Positions 10,659 to 19,459 of a DNA stretch of 64,000 bases are shown piece after piece; position 1 is the stretch's first letter; each line of letters begins with the position of its first letter. Source of the DNA: an uncultured virus (IMG/VR IMGVR_UViG_3300020531_000001) (lineage: Duplodnaviria; Heunggongvirae; Uroviricota; Caudoviricetes); IMG/VR virus record IMGVR_UViG_3300020531_000001, positions 62,001 to 126,000 of that record, one strand, 5' to 3'. A model generated the notes under the pieces. That model saw only the letters and a list, made by a program, of their open reading frames with translations. It was not told where the DNA came from and searched no databases. Position numbers and translations under genes: made by a program.

Positions 10659-11194
10659 TGAAAATTTTAAATAAAACAAAAACCTACCTTATAGGTCCAA
10701 TGCAATATGGTGATGGTAGATCATGGAGAGAAGAGATATCTGAATTTTTAAAAACTATCGGAGTTATTGTGTTTGATCCATATAAAAAACCATTTATAAA
10801 TGCACCATCTGAAGATGAAGATACCCATGCAAAAATGTACAAACTTATGAATATAGGCGAATATGATGAAGTTGCTGAACATTTTAAAGCTGTTCGTTCT
10901 TTTGATTTGTCTATGGTAGATAGAGCTGATTTTATCATATGTTATTTAAATCCTAAAGTTCCGACTTATGGAACTGTAGAAGAATTGGTAACAGCAGTTA
11001 GAATGAAACGTCCAGTTTTTGTTGTGATAGAAGGTGGTAAAAAAAATACACCACTGTGGGTTATGGGAATGCTGCCACACAAATATATATACGATTCATT
11101 TGATGAAATAAAACAAGTATTGACAAATATAAATGACGGACTAAAGTCAATAGACAGTGATCGTTGGAGATTATTTGAACAAGAATTAAGATGA
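10658..11194 (+). CDS. Nucleoside 2-deoxyribosyltransferase-like protein
   Basis: TYLIGPM...WRE, VFDPY, DLSMVDRADFII, TYGTVEELVTA. Confidence 0.75.
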   Translation: MKILNKTKTYLIGPMQYGDGRSWREEISEFLKTIGVIVFDPYKKPFINAPSEDEDTHAKMYKLMNIGEYDEVAEHFKAVRSFDLSMVDRADFIICYLNPKVPTYGTVEELVTAVRMKRPVFVVIEGGKKNTPLWVMGMLPHKYIYDSFDEIKQVLTNINDGLKSIDSDRWRLFEQELR

Positions 11195-11415
11195 AAGTGG
11201 AAGGTTTAATATCATTAAAACTTACAGACGCTTCTAAGCTAGAAGTGTTTTATCAATTTTTATTTGATAAATTCAATTTTAATAAAAATTATATAATTAA
11301 GCAAAATAAAATATATCAAATTGAAGAACACAGAGATGAATATTATGATATCTATATTAGAGACGCTGACGAATTAGATTATCACATATATGAAATAATA
11401 AAAAAAATAAAATGA
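11191..11415 (+). CDS. Hypothetical protein
   Basis: Start overlaps upstream stop (ATGA). Confidence 0.55.
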   Translation: MKVEGLISLKLTDASKLEVFYQFLFDKFNFNKNYIIKQNKIYQIEEHRDEYYDIYIRDADELDYHIYEIIKKIK

Positions 11416-11444
11416 CATTTATTTAAAAAAAATAAATATACTCA

Positions 11445-12284
11445 ATGTCAATAGATGTCGGTTTCACTTTTACGTGTAGGTTAAATGGAAGATTAGGAAA
11501 TCAAATGTTTATGATAGCGCATGCATATTCACAGGCGCTAGACCATAATTCCAAATTTATTTCTGCAAAATATGATGTCCCAGCATCTGATTATTTTGAT
11601 AATATTTATAGAAATATAGATTTTTCTATAAATTATATTGATGATTTAAAAGAAGATGAGTCCTATGTTAATATAGGAACTACCTTTCATTATACCCCAA
11701 TCAAAGTCCCTAAAAATAAAAATATAATTTTTCATGGATATTGTCAAAGTGAAAAATTCTTTATATCTAATAGTTTAAAAATAAAAGAATTATTTTCAGC
11801 AAATGAAGAATTTATAACAGAATATTTTAATAAATATCCATTTTTAAAAGATAACAACACTATTGTTATAAATGTGAGACGAGGAGATTACTTACATTAT
11901 CCAAATCACCATCCAGTTATTTCAAAAGAATATATATACAAATCGTTAGAATATATACCAGATTATAAAAAAAATCCAATTATTATTATAAGTGATGATA
12001 TTGAATGGTGTCAAGAAAACATCAATATTGATAATGCGATATTTATTACTGATATATTACCATGGCAAGCATTGTGGTTAATATCTCTTTGTAAATATTT
12101 TATAATTTCAAATAGTAGTTTTTCTTGGTGGGGTGCATTTTTGGGTGAAAAAGAAAACAGTATCGTGGTGTGTCCAGATATTTGGTTCGGTCCAGAAATA
12201 ACAGTCAACACTTCTGACATATATAGAAACAATTGGATAAAAATTCCAACTTATCACCAAAATGGTGTATTATATCCGAAATAA
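11445..12284 (+). CDS. GT11 alpha-1,2-fucosyltransferase-like glycosyltransferase
   Basis: GRLGNQMF, GYCQSEKFF, NVRRGDY, ISDDIEWC, ISNSSFSWWGA. Confidence 0.9.
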   Translation: MSIDVGFTFTCRLNGRLGNQMFMIAHAYSQALDHNSKFISAKYDVPASDYFDNIYRNIDFSINYIDDLKEDESYVNIGTTFHYTPIKVPKNKNIIFHGYCQSEKFFISNSLKIKELFSANEEFITEYFNKYPFLKDNNTIVINVRRGDYLHYPNHHPVISKEYIYKSLEYIPDYKKNPIIIISDDIEWCQENINIDNAIFITDILPWQALWLISLCKYFIISNSSFSWWGAFLGEKENSIVVCPDIWFGPEITVNTSDIYRNNWIKIPTYHQNGVLYPK

Positions 12285-12292
12285 AAAATAAA

Positions 12293-13063
12293 ATGAAAAC
12301 ATTAGTAGTTTGTCCAACTTATGGGAGAGTTCCATATTTAAATCGTATGGTAGCTAGTTTTTTATCACAAACATATGATGATAAACATTTAGTAATTATA
12401 AATGATGATAAAAATGTAGAAATATGCTGTGATAACAATCAAGTCACTTGTATAAATTTAAATAAAAAAATTCTACTTCCACAAAAAAGAAACATCGGCA
12501 TTATGCTAGGATATTACGATCTTATCATGCAATATGACGATGATGATATTTTTTTACCAAACAGAATATCAAATCATGTTCAAAAACACATTGAAAATCC
12601 AGATATTTGGTATTATTGGAATATGTCATCATATATTATATATGGAGATAAATTTGAAATCGCTGGATGTTCTCCCAATCACAGTTCTTTTTTAAGAAAG
12701 GCGTGGTTTTCTGTTGGTGGATATGCCAACAATGAAAATATCGGAGATGATATGGAATTTTTTTACAAAATACCAAACAATTTTAAAAAGGAAGAAAATG
12801 ATCCAACATTAGCTGATTATGTTTACAACTTCGGCGGAGTTAACTATCACGCATCTTATGAAAAAGATATTAGAATAGATGAAATTGCATATAATCAATT
12901 ATCTAATATGAATTTAATAGGTAAAAAATATTGGATAGAACCAGATTATGAAGAATATAACAAATTCTTGATATTAGAAAATTTATATAAACAGAAAAAA
13001 GAATCTTTAATTATTAAACATATAGATCAAGGAAAAATCGGTATAGATCATTTAATGATATGA
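12293..13063 (+). CDS. GT2-family glycosyltransferase
   Basis: VVCPTYGR, SFLSQTY, IINDD, KRNIG, YDDDDIFLPNRI, GDD. Confidence 0.85.
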   Translation: MKTLVVCPTYGRVPYLNRMVASFLSQTYDDKHLVIINDDKNVEICCDNNQVTCINLNKKILLPQKRNIGIMLGYYDLIMQYDDDDIFLPNRISNHVQKHIENPDIWYYWNMSSYIIYGDKFEIAGCSPNHSSFLRKAWFSVGGYANNENIGDDMEFFYKIPNNFKKEENDPTLADYVYNFGGVNYHASYEKDIRIDEIAYNQLSNMNLIGKKYWIEPDYEEYNKFLILENLYKQKKESLIIKHIDQGKIGIDHLMI

Positions 13064-13296
13064 TAAAACAATTGATTTTCTAATTTTTTAAAACGAGCAT
13101 CTGAATGCCACACCTCATCTGTTTGAGGTGTATAAATACCATCTTTTGTTATGATAGATTTACCTTTTTCCAGAGAGAGAATAGAAGGTTGATAAATGTT
13201 GTATATAGGCTCTTTCTTGAATGAGCCTATCTCGCAAGATGTCAGCCCTATCATTACTATCATTAGTTTTAGAAGATCGCAACTTTTCAATTTCAT
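13048..13296 (-). CDS. Probable o-spanin (Rz1-like lipoprotein)
   Basis: Hydrophobic run plus lipobox LTSC; overlaps the upstream gene in another frame; beside holin-like gene and endolysin. Confidence 0.65.
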   Translation of the reverse strand: MKLKSCDLLKLMIVMIGLTSCEIGSFKKEPIYNIYQPSILSLEKGKSIITKDGIYTPQTDEVWHSDARFKKLENQLFYHIIK

Positions 13297-13420
13297 TGAT
13301 AATTTGTTCTTGGTTGATTCTAGATTTTTGAATCATATCATAATAAAATGCTCTATTCTTTAACTCCAAAAAAGCAGTTAAAGCAGATAGAGCATTTTTA
13401 ATTAATCCTATAATATCCAT
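13160..13420 (-). CDS. Probable i-spanin (Rz-like)
   Basis: N-terminal hydrophobic segment then coiled coil; out-of-frame overlap with the lipoprotein gene. Confidence 0.55.
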   Translation of the reverse strand: MDIIGLIKNALSALTAFLELKNRAFYYDMIQKSRINQEQIINEIEKLRSSKTNDSNDRADILRDRLIQERAYIQHLSTFYSLSGKR

Positions 13421-13608
13421 TATTCGCCTTTATCTTTTGCTTTGCCGATATTAATGGCAGCAAAATCGATAAGAGCGTACAATTTAGCAAGGAATGTACC
13501 TGGAGCTGGTGTTGGTGTAGCTGCAGCAATAGCTGATGCTAACGCTACAACTGCTGTGATTATATTCAATATATCATTACCAGTGACGAGTTCTAATATT
13601 GTATTCAT
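13420..13608 (-). CDS. Holin-like small membrane protein
   Basis: Two hydrophobic helices separated by ATPTP, basic C-terminus; TAAATA 7 nt upstream. Confidence 0.6.
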   Translation of the reverse strand: MNTILELVTGNDILNIITAVVALASAIAAATPTPAPGTFLAKLYALIDFAAINIGKAKDKGE

Positions 13609-13645
13609 ACACTAGTATTTAGTTCACTGCCTAATAAATATTATT

Positions 13646-14281
13646 ATGGAGTTTCCAGGTAAAAAACAAAAAGTAATGAATGTTCAGAAGGCTTTAGGAC
13701 TATCAACTGATGGTATTGATGGTCCTAGAACATGGGATGCTATTGAAGAAACTGTTGTAAAGGACAAGCCTCAAACAGTTCCTACTACTCCTACAGGCAA
13801 TACATTAGCTGAAAAGTTAGTAGCTCTAGCAAAGAAAGAAGTAGGTGTGGAAGAAGTTAACGGGACCAACTGCGGTCCTAGAGTTAACGAATATAAATCA
13901 GCAACTTGGTTAGATTCAACGAAATCATGGCCTTGGTGCGCTGCTTTCATTTGCTGGTTGTTTAGAGAAGCAATGAAAGATGGTAAGTATAGCTTCGAAA
14001 GACCCAAGACAGCAGGTGCTTATGATTTTGAAAATTGGTGCAGAGAGCAAGATACACATGTTCTTTTAAAGAAACCTCATAATGGCGATATTAAGCCTGG
14101 AGATATTGTTATCTTTAACTTTTCTCACATTGGATTAGCAATTGGAAATCCAGATTCTGCTGGTTATGTTAAAACAATCGAAGGAAACACTGATGGCTTT
14201 GGATCTCGTGAAGGCGGAGCGGTGTTAGAAAAAAGACGTAAATTGTCATCTATACGTAGTAGAATTAGAGTTGTAATTTAA
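13646..14281 (+). CDS. Endolysin: peptidoglycan-binding domain plus CHAP amidase
   Basis: VQKALGLSTDGIDGPRTW; PWCAAF, SHIGL, TIEGNT. Confidence 0.9.
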   Translation: MEFPGKKQKVMNVQKALGLSTDGIDGPRTWDAIEETVVKDKPQTVPTTPTGNTLAEKLVALAKKEVGVEEVNGTNCGPRVNEYKSATWLDSTKSWPWCAAFICWLFREAMKDGKYSFERPKTAGAYDFENWCREQDTHVLLKKPHNGDIKPGDIVIFNFSHIGLAIGNPDSAGYVKTIEGNTDGFGSREGGAVLEKRRKLSSIRSRIRVVI

Positions 14282-14306
14282 TATCAAATAATTAAATAAA
14301 AATACT

Positions 14307-14504
14307 ATGATCAAAAGAATAAGCGATAACTCTGTTAAACTTTGCTGCAATAATAATGGTTGCCCAACCGTAACTGATATTGGTGAAGGATTAATTGAAA
14401 TTACAGACGATAACGGCAATAAAATCGTTGTCAAGAAAGAAGAAGCGAGTTTAATTTCTGACGGTGTTAAAACACTCGATAAAGAAAATCTCATTCTTGG
14501 ATGA
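14307..14504 (+). CDS. Small late protein with CC...CP motif
   Basis: TAAATA at 14293; VKLCCNNNGCPTV...IEITDDNGN. Confidence 0.6.
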   Translation: MIKRISDNSVKLCCNNNGCPTVTDIGEGLIEITDDNGNKIVVKKEEASLISDGVKTLDKENLILG

Positions 14505-14767
14505 ATTTAATTTATCACACTTTCGTATTATTAGGAATATGCTTCATATTAAAATATGGAGCTATTCTTAATTTTATAAGAAATCCTTTGAAAAAAATAT
14601 CTTTTTTTAAAGAACTTTTTAATTGCTGTTTGTGTATGGGATTTTGGATTGGTTTATTTTATTCAACAATTTCCCAAATGCCTTGGACTTTATGTTTTTA
14701 TTCTGCCGCTGTTTGCTGGATCGCGGATTATATTATACAAATAATTCAGAAATATTTGTATAATTAA
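14501..14767 (+). CDS. Small membrane protein (DUF1360-like)
   Basis: ELFNCCLCMGFWIG between hydrophobic helices. Confidence 0.6.
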   Translation: MNLIYHTFVLLGICFILKYGAILNFIRNPLKKISFFKELFNCCLCMGFWIGLFYSTISQMPWTLCFYSAAVCWIADYIIQIIQKYLYN

Positions 14768-15378
14768 CGTTTAACTATTGTGTTTTTAATATTGTTAACC
14801 AATAATTCAAATCCTGTTATTTGATTTTTATCAAATTTTCCAGCTTTAGTTCCGATACTTATATAAAAATATTGTTTATCTACCACGCCTATATTGTACA
14901 TTATATTTTGTGTAACTCCTAGATGTTCAAAATGATGTTTTAATTGACACTCATTCATTTCTGAAACATCACTAATACAATAACCAGCTCTTATAACTTC
15001 TAATAAATTTTTAATATAATCTGAATCTATTGAAATATTTTCATATGTTGGTATTTCGTTCAAATTATTTCTATTCCAATCTTTATATATAGCTGATGTA
15101 TAAAATGATTTTCCAACTTGGGGAATCCCCCCTCCATTATGAGCTGCAAAAATAATAGCATGGTCTGCTCCAGCCTTTATTATTTCATATAAGTATTCTT
15201 GTATATCTATACTATCTTGTAAAAATTCTAACATTTTTAAATTAGAAAAAGGTCTTCTTTCTACAAAAAATTTAATCATAGATGTTGTTGCTTTTATTAA
15301 AGTAACTAAAGCACCAGAACTGATCAGAGCCATTAATATTAAAAATCCTCCGCTCTGTGTATCAAAAAATTCATTCAT
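14764..15378 (-). CDS. Membrane-anchored protein with possible GAF-like domain
   Basis: One N-terminal TM helix; ADHAIIFAAHNGG and an alternating helix/strand pattern. Confidence 0.45.
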   Translation of the reverse strand: MNEFFDTQSGGFLILMALISSGALVTLIKATTSMIKFFVERRPFSNLKMLEFLQDSIDIQEYLYEIIKAGADHAIIFAAHNGGGIPQVGKSFYTSAIYKDWNRNNLNEIPTYENISIDSDYIKNLLEVIRAGYCISDVSEMNECQLKHHFEHLGVTQNIMYNIGVVDKQYFYISIGTKAGKFDKNQITGFELLVNNIKNTIVKR

Positions 15379-15443
15379 GTTTATTATATTATTTATAAAA
15401 GAAAATTAATTTTTTAAAAAAATTATGAAAGATAAATAATAAA

Positions 15444-15824
15444 GTGAATAGCAAATATATAGAATTAATTGATAGCGTGTATTCCTCTATTTTAGAGGAA
15501 AAAAACGATAATTCATCTATCGATGAATTTATCAAAATACGATCAAACGGAGCTAAAAAAATTGAAAAACAAGCCAAAGAAAAAGGCGGAGCTTCGATAT
15601 TAACAGCGATTCATTTTAAAGCAAAAGAAATTCCATATGAACATTGCTTAGAAAATTCAGAAGATATAAAATCTATAGAAAAAAAAGCAGATCTTGTTTT
15701 TAATAAACTTAAAAATTGGAAAAATTTATCACAAAGACAATTTCAAGCTTTGATGGGTGAACTTGAAGCTTATGGTGAAATTTATATAAAAATTAAAAAG
15801 CCAAACAGTATAAATTTAAATTAA
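15444..15824 (+). CDS. Hypothetical late protein
   Basis: TAAATA 5 nt before GTG; leader ELIDSVYSSILEE. Confidence 0.6.
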   Translation: MNSKYIELIDSVYSSILEEKNDNSSIDEFIKIRSNGAKKIEKQAKEKGGASILTAIHFKAKEIPYEHCLENSEDIKSIEKKADLVFNKLKNWKNLSQRQFQALMGELEAYGEIYIKIKKPNSINLN

Positions 15825-16178
15825 TTATTTTTGTTGTAATCTATACAACAAATGATTGAATTCTGCTTCGATTTCATCTTTGATATTTTTTAAATCATCA
15901 AATCCTTCAGAGATGGATGATAAATATGAAACGATCTCAGTTTTTAATGATGTGTACGAAGATATCAAATCTCCTTTATATGATTCCACTTTAATTGTAT
16001 AATTTGTATTATTATTGGGAATTGTCGTTCTTCCGTAATAAACTTCTACAAACTTATCAAATAATTCATCCAACGTTTCGTATGCAGTTGATAACGCTTT
16101 ATGTTCAGCATAACTCTTAGTTTGCCAATGATCAACCTTTAGTTGATTTAAAACCGTGAAAACTGCAATCAAATTCAT
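15825..16178 (-). CDS. Dps/ferritin-like four-helix protein
   Basis: HWQTKSYAEHKAL..AYE..DELFDKFVEVYYG; DLKNIKDEI...LYRL. Confidence 0.8.
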   Translation of the reverse strand: MNLIAVFTVLNQLKVDHWQTKSYAEHKALSTAYETLDELFDKFVEVYYGRTTIPNNNTNYTIKVESYKGDLISSYTSLKTEIVSYLSSISEGFDDLKNIKDEIEAEFNHLLYRLQQK

Positions 16179-16182
16179 ATGT

Positions 16183-16461
16183 TTATTTATGAGGTTTTTT
16201 AGCTTTTTCAACTTTATCCAATAATTTGTAATAATCTATTCTCTCAAAAAGATGATGAGATGCTATAGTTCTTGCTTGCTTTTCGTCTAACGGATTTTCT
16301 GGATCTTCCTCATGTTCCATTTCTATTTTCATTCCATCATTCAATGCGGTTTCTACATCTTCTTTAGAAACGCCATGCTTTTTCATTATTTCTTCAACAG
16401 TTTTTGGCGGCTTCATTCCTTCATAAATTAAACCGATATTGATTGAATCTTTATTAAGCAT
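16183..16461 (-). CDS. DUF5661-like late protein
   Basis: GMKIEMEH...ARTIASHHLFERIDYYKLL. Confidence 0.65.
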   Translation of the reverse strand: MLNKDSINIGLIYEGMKPPKTVEEIMKKHGVSKEDVETALNDGMKIEMEHEEDPENPLDEKQARTIASHHLFERIDYYKLLDKVEKAKKPHK

Positions 16462-16493
16462 TTATATATTTAATAAAAATGATAAATATAAAT

Positions 16494-17735
16494 ATGAGCT
16501 TTTACGAATTTTACAATTCCATCATAAATGAAAATTTAGTTCTCAAAAAAAGACCAATACAATTAGATGATGGTTCAACTGTATACGAATTTATAGTTGA
16601 TAGTGATATTGAAAATCCCAGAGATAAAAGCAACGAAACATATAAAAATAAAGATAACATAAAAAAAGCTGGGTTCGTGTGGAATAAAAATATTGGAAAG
16701 TGGACAAGTTCTGAAAAATTTTCTTTAGAAAATTTACAACAAGGAATTGCAAAATATAAAAGAGCCATTTTATCAATAAACAAAGATTTTAATGCCGTCG
16801 GATTTGATGATTATGCTGACGACCTTGAAGAATTTTTAGATCTTGGAATAACTGATAAACTTAAAGAATTCTTCACAGAATTAAAAGAAAAAATTAAAAA
16901 TGCAAAAGATTCCCCAGAAGTTAAAGCGTTTTTTGAATTTAGAAAAAATTTCACCAATAGAAGTTTTAATAATCAAATGCTTATATTCATGCAGAATAGA
17001 AAAGCAACTCATGTAGAAGGCAAAAAAACATGGGAAACGAAATTTGGAAGAAGACTCAAACTTGGAGCAAAATCAATTAAAATTTTTGTTCCTATCATAT
17101 CTAAAGATAAAAAGAATGAAGATGCTCCACAAGCTGATATGAAAGTTGATGAAACTCAACAATTAAAAGGATTTACAATTGGCAATGTATATGATATATC
17201 AGATACTGTACCAATAGAAGGCAAGGAACATATGTATGTACAAGAACCAAAATGGTACGATGATGCAACCCCAGATGAAAAAACTAGATATCTTTATGAT
17301 GCTCTTGTTAAATTTGCCGAAGAACATAATGTTCAAGTATCTATAAGTGATGAGGGATTAGGCGGAGCTAGAGGAGTCAGCAGAGCAGGATCAATACAAT
17401 TGATGCAAGAAAACATATCAACAATGATTCATGAATTAACTCATGAAATTTTACACCCCGCTGATAAAAGAAAAGAATTATCAAGTGAAATAAAAGAATT
17501 ACAAGCGGAAGGTGTAACATATCTAGTATTGAAACATTATGGTCTTCCTACATCACACGCTGAAATATATCTAGCTCTTTGGGAAAAAGATCCAGAAAAT
17601 GTAAAACAAAATGAAGAAATAATAAGAGACACTGCTAAAATGTTTATTGAATATATTGACAATGCTACTATGAATTCTTCAGAAGAATCTCCCGTTCAGG
17701 AATCTTATATAAACAGCTTGAAAGCAATGTGGTAA
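16494..17735 (+). CDS. ArdC-like ssDNA-binding domain plus zincin metallopeptidase
   Basis: SFNNQMLIFMQ...ATHVEG..W..FGR, IFVP, VYDISDT; HELTHEILH...ELQAEGVTY. Confidence 0.8.
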   Translation: MSFYEFYNSIINENLVLKKRPIQLDDGSTVYEFIVDSDIENPRDKSNETYKNKDNIKKAGFVWNKNIGKWTSSEKFSLENLQQGIAKYKRAILSINKDFNAVGFDDYADDLEEFLDLGITDKLKEFFTELKEKIKNAKDSPEVKAFFEFRKNFTNRSFNNQMLIFMQNRKATHVEGKKTWETKFGRRLKLGAKSIKIFVPIISKDKKNEDAPQADMKVDETQQLKGFTIGNVYDISDTVPIEGKEHMYVQEPKWYDDATPDEKTRYLYDALVKFAEEHNVQVSISDEGLGGARGVSRAGSIQLMQENISTMIHELTHEILHPADKRKELSSEIKELQAEGVTYLVLKHYGLPTSHAEIYLALWEKDPENVKQNEEIIRDTAKMFIEYIDNATMNSSEESPVQESYINSLKAMW

Positions 17736-17736
17736 T

Positions 17737-18573
17737 ATGAAAAGCTTTGAAAATTTTTACGAAAACTATACAAACGAGTCCGAATTAAATGAAGGATTCA
17801 AAGAGAATTTAATAAATTCATTACTGGCATTGTTTAGTATGGGAGCCGCTGTTTATGAAGGAAATTATGTTCTTAATTTCTTAAACAATCAACCAGCCCC
17901 AATGGAACAAAAAATCGATGCTTTAAATCAAGTAAAAGACCAAACAGACAATATAAAGATTAAAAAAGCCGTTGATGATGCCATTCAAAAAATAAATCAA
18001 CCAGCTCAAAAAGTAAAAGAAAACATCACTGGGGAAAAATCTAAAATATTAGATCTCGCTGTAAAACTTACATTGCCAAGTGAAATATTAGGAACCAATA
18101 TATATGATAAAGTGAACGATAGTTTTATGAGACCATATCTTGATGACAAAGGATATTGGACGATTGGGGTTGGTCATTTATTAGGTAGCGAAGCTAAGAA
18201 AAATTTTTGGATACAAAATAGAGCAAAGCAAGGAAAATCAGCCACTTTATCAAGACCAGAGGCGCTGGCTCAATTTAAACAAGATCTTGAAAAACATCAT
18301 AATCTAGCACAAAAGAAATTCCAAAAGGAATGGCATAAATTTCCAAATGAACTCAAAGCGGTGTTAGTAGACATATCATTCAGAGGAGATCTTGAGAAAA
18401 AAGGATTAGGTGATTTCGCATTCGTTGAACTTTTAAAACAAGGAAAATATAAACAAGCAGCGAAAGAATATTTGGATCACACTGAATATAAATCAAGAAT
18501 GAAAAAGGATAAACCAGACGGTGTTGTGAAAAGAATGAACAGAAACGCTGCTATTATATCAAAAACGACATAA
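17737..18573 (+). CDS. Lysozyme-fold muramidase, probably virion-associated
   Basis: PYLDDKGYWTIGVGHLL, LVDISFRG, KQAAKEYL, RMNRNA. Confidence 0.75.
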   Translation: MKSFENFYENYTNESELNEGFKENLINSLLALFSMGAAVYEGNYVLNFLNNQPAPMEQKIDALNQVKDQTDNIKIKKAVDDAIQKINQPAQKVKENITGEKSKILDLAVKLTLPSEILGTNIYDKVNDSFMRPYLDDKGYWTIGVGHLLGSEAKKNFWIQNRAKQGKSATLSRPEALAQFKQDLEKHHNLAQKKFQKEWHKFPNELKAVLVDISFRGDLEKKGLGDFAFVELLKQGKYKQAAKEYLDHTEYKSRMKKDKPDGVVKRMNRNAAIISKTT

Positions 18574-18620
18574 CATTAATTCTATTGACAATGTATTTTC
18601 ATGTGGTAAGTATTATACAT

Positions 18621-19358
18621 ATGAAAACAAAAAACATATTGTTGGCAGTCGCAGCATTTGCTGCATTCACAAGCGTACAAGCTGGTACAGTTGAACCTGT
18701 AACTGTTACAGCTGAAGAGTCCTCGACACCATCCATTGTTGTTGAAACTGGATATTCTTCTGAAAGCGTGTGGCGCGGTGCTGACCTTGGCAGAGACGAA
18801 GCAAGTGCTGTTGTAACTACAACCACAGAATTACCAATTGGTGTTGGTCTTGATCTGGTCGCTGGTTATAGCAACGCTGACACTGAAGTAAAAGACGAAG
18901 AAACCGATCTTTCTGCAGTTTTCTCAAAAGAGATTGCTGATTATCTTGTTTCTTTGAGTTATACTTGGTATTCGCAAGACTTTGCCAAAGATGGTAGTGG
19001 ACAAGCGCAAGAAGCTGGTCTTTCGGTTTCGCGTGAAGTTGGACCTGTTGATGTTACATTCACTCAATACCTTGCGATCAAGGGTGATAATAACTCATAC
19101 AGCGAACTAGCAGCAACATACAGTGACGATTTCGGTCTTCCTGTTGTGTTGGATTTCCGTTCTGAACTCGGCTATCTTGCTCAAGAAGGAAAATGCACTC
19201 ATTTTGAAACTAGAATTTCAACCGATATTCCAGTTTTGCAAGAAGTAACAGCAGTTCCGTTTGTTGCATATTCTCTTGGTCTTGATGACTCTGTAGGTGC
19301 GCATTCAGACATGCATAATGTTTTCTTCGGTGGGATCGAGTTTAAGCGCTCGTTCTGA
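18621..19358 (+). CDS. Outer-membrane beta-barrel protein (porin-like)
   Basis: Sec signal peptide ending VQA; GYSSESVWRG; amphipathic beta strands; terminal Phe (GIEFKRSF). Confidence 0.75.
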   Translation: MKTKNILLAVAAFAAFTSVQAGTVEPVTVTAEESSTPSIVVETGYSSESVWRGADLGRDEASAVVTTTTELPIGVGLDLVAGYSNADTEVKDEETDLSAVFSKEIADYLVSLSYTWYSQDFAKDGSGQAQEAGLSVSREVGPVDVTFTQYLAIKGDNNSYSELAATYSDDFGLPVVLDFRSELGYLAQEGKCTHFETRISTDIPVLQEVTAVPFVAYSLGLDDSVGAHSDMHNVFFGGIEFKRSF

Positions 19359-19390
19359 TTTAGATATTCAAAAACCAAAATAAAAACCAA

Positions 19391-19424
19391 TACCGTCTTG
19401 TGAGAAATCGCAAGGCGGTTTTTT
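19391..19424 (+). terminator. Intrinsic terminator
   Basis: ACCGTCTTGTGA-gaaa-TCGCAAGGCGGT plus T-run. Confidence 0.8.
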
Positions 19425-19459
19425 AATGTAAAAATTTTATTATATATTAAATATTAAAT

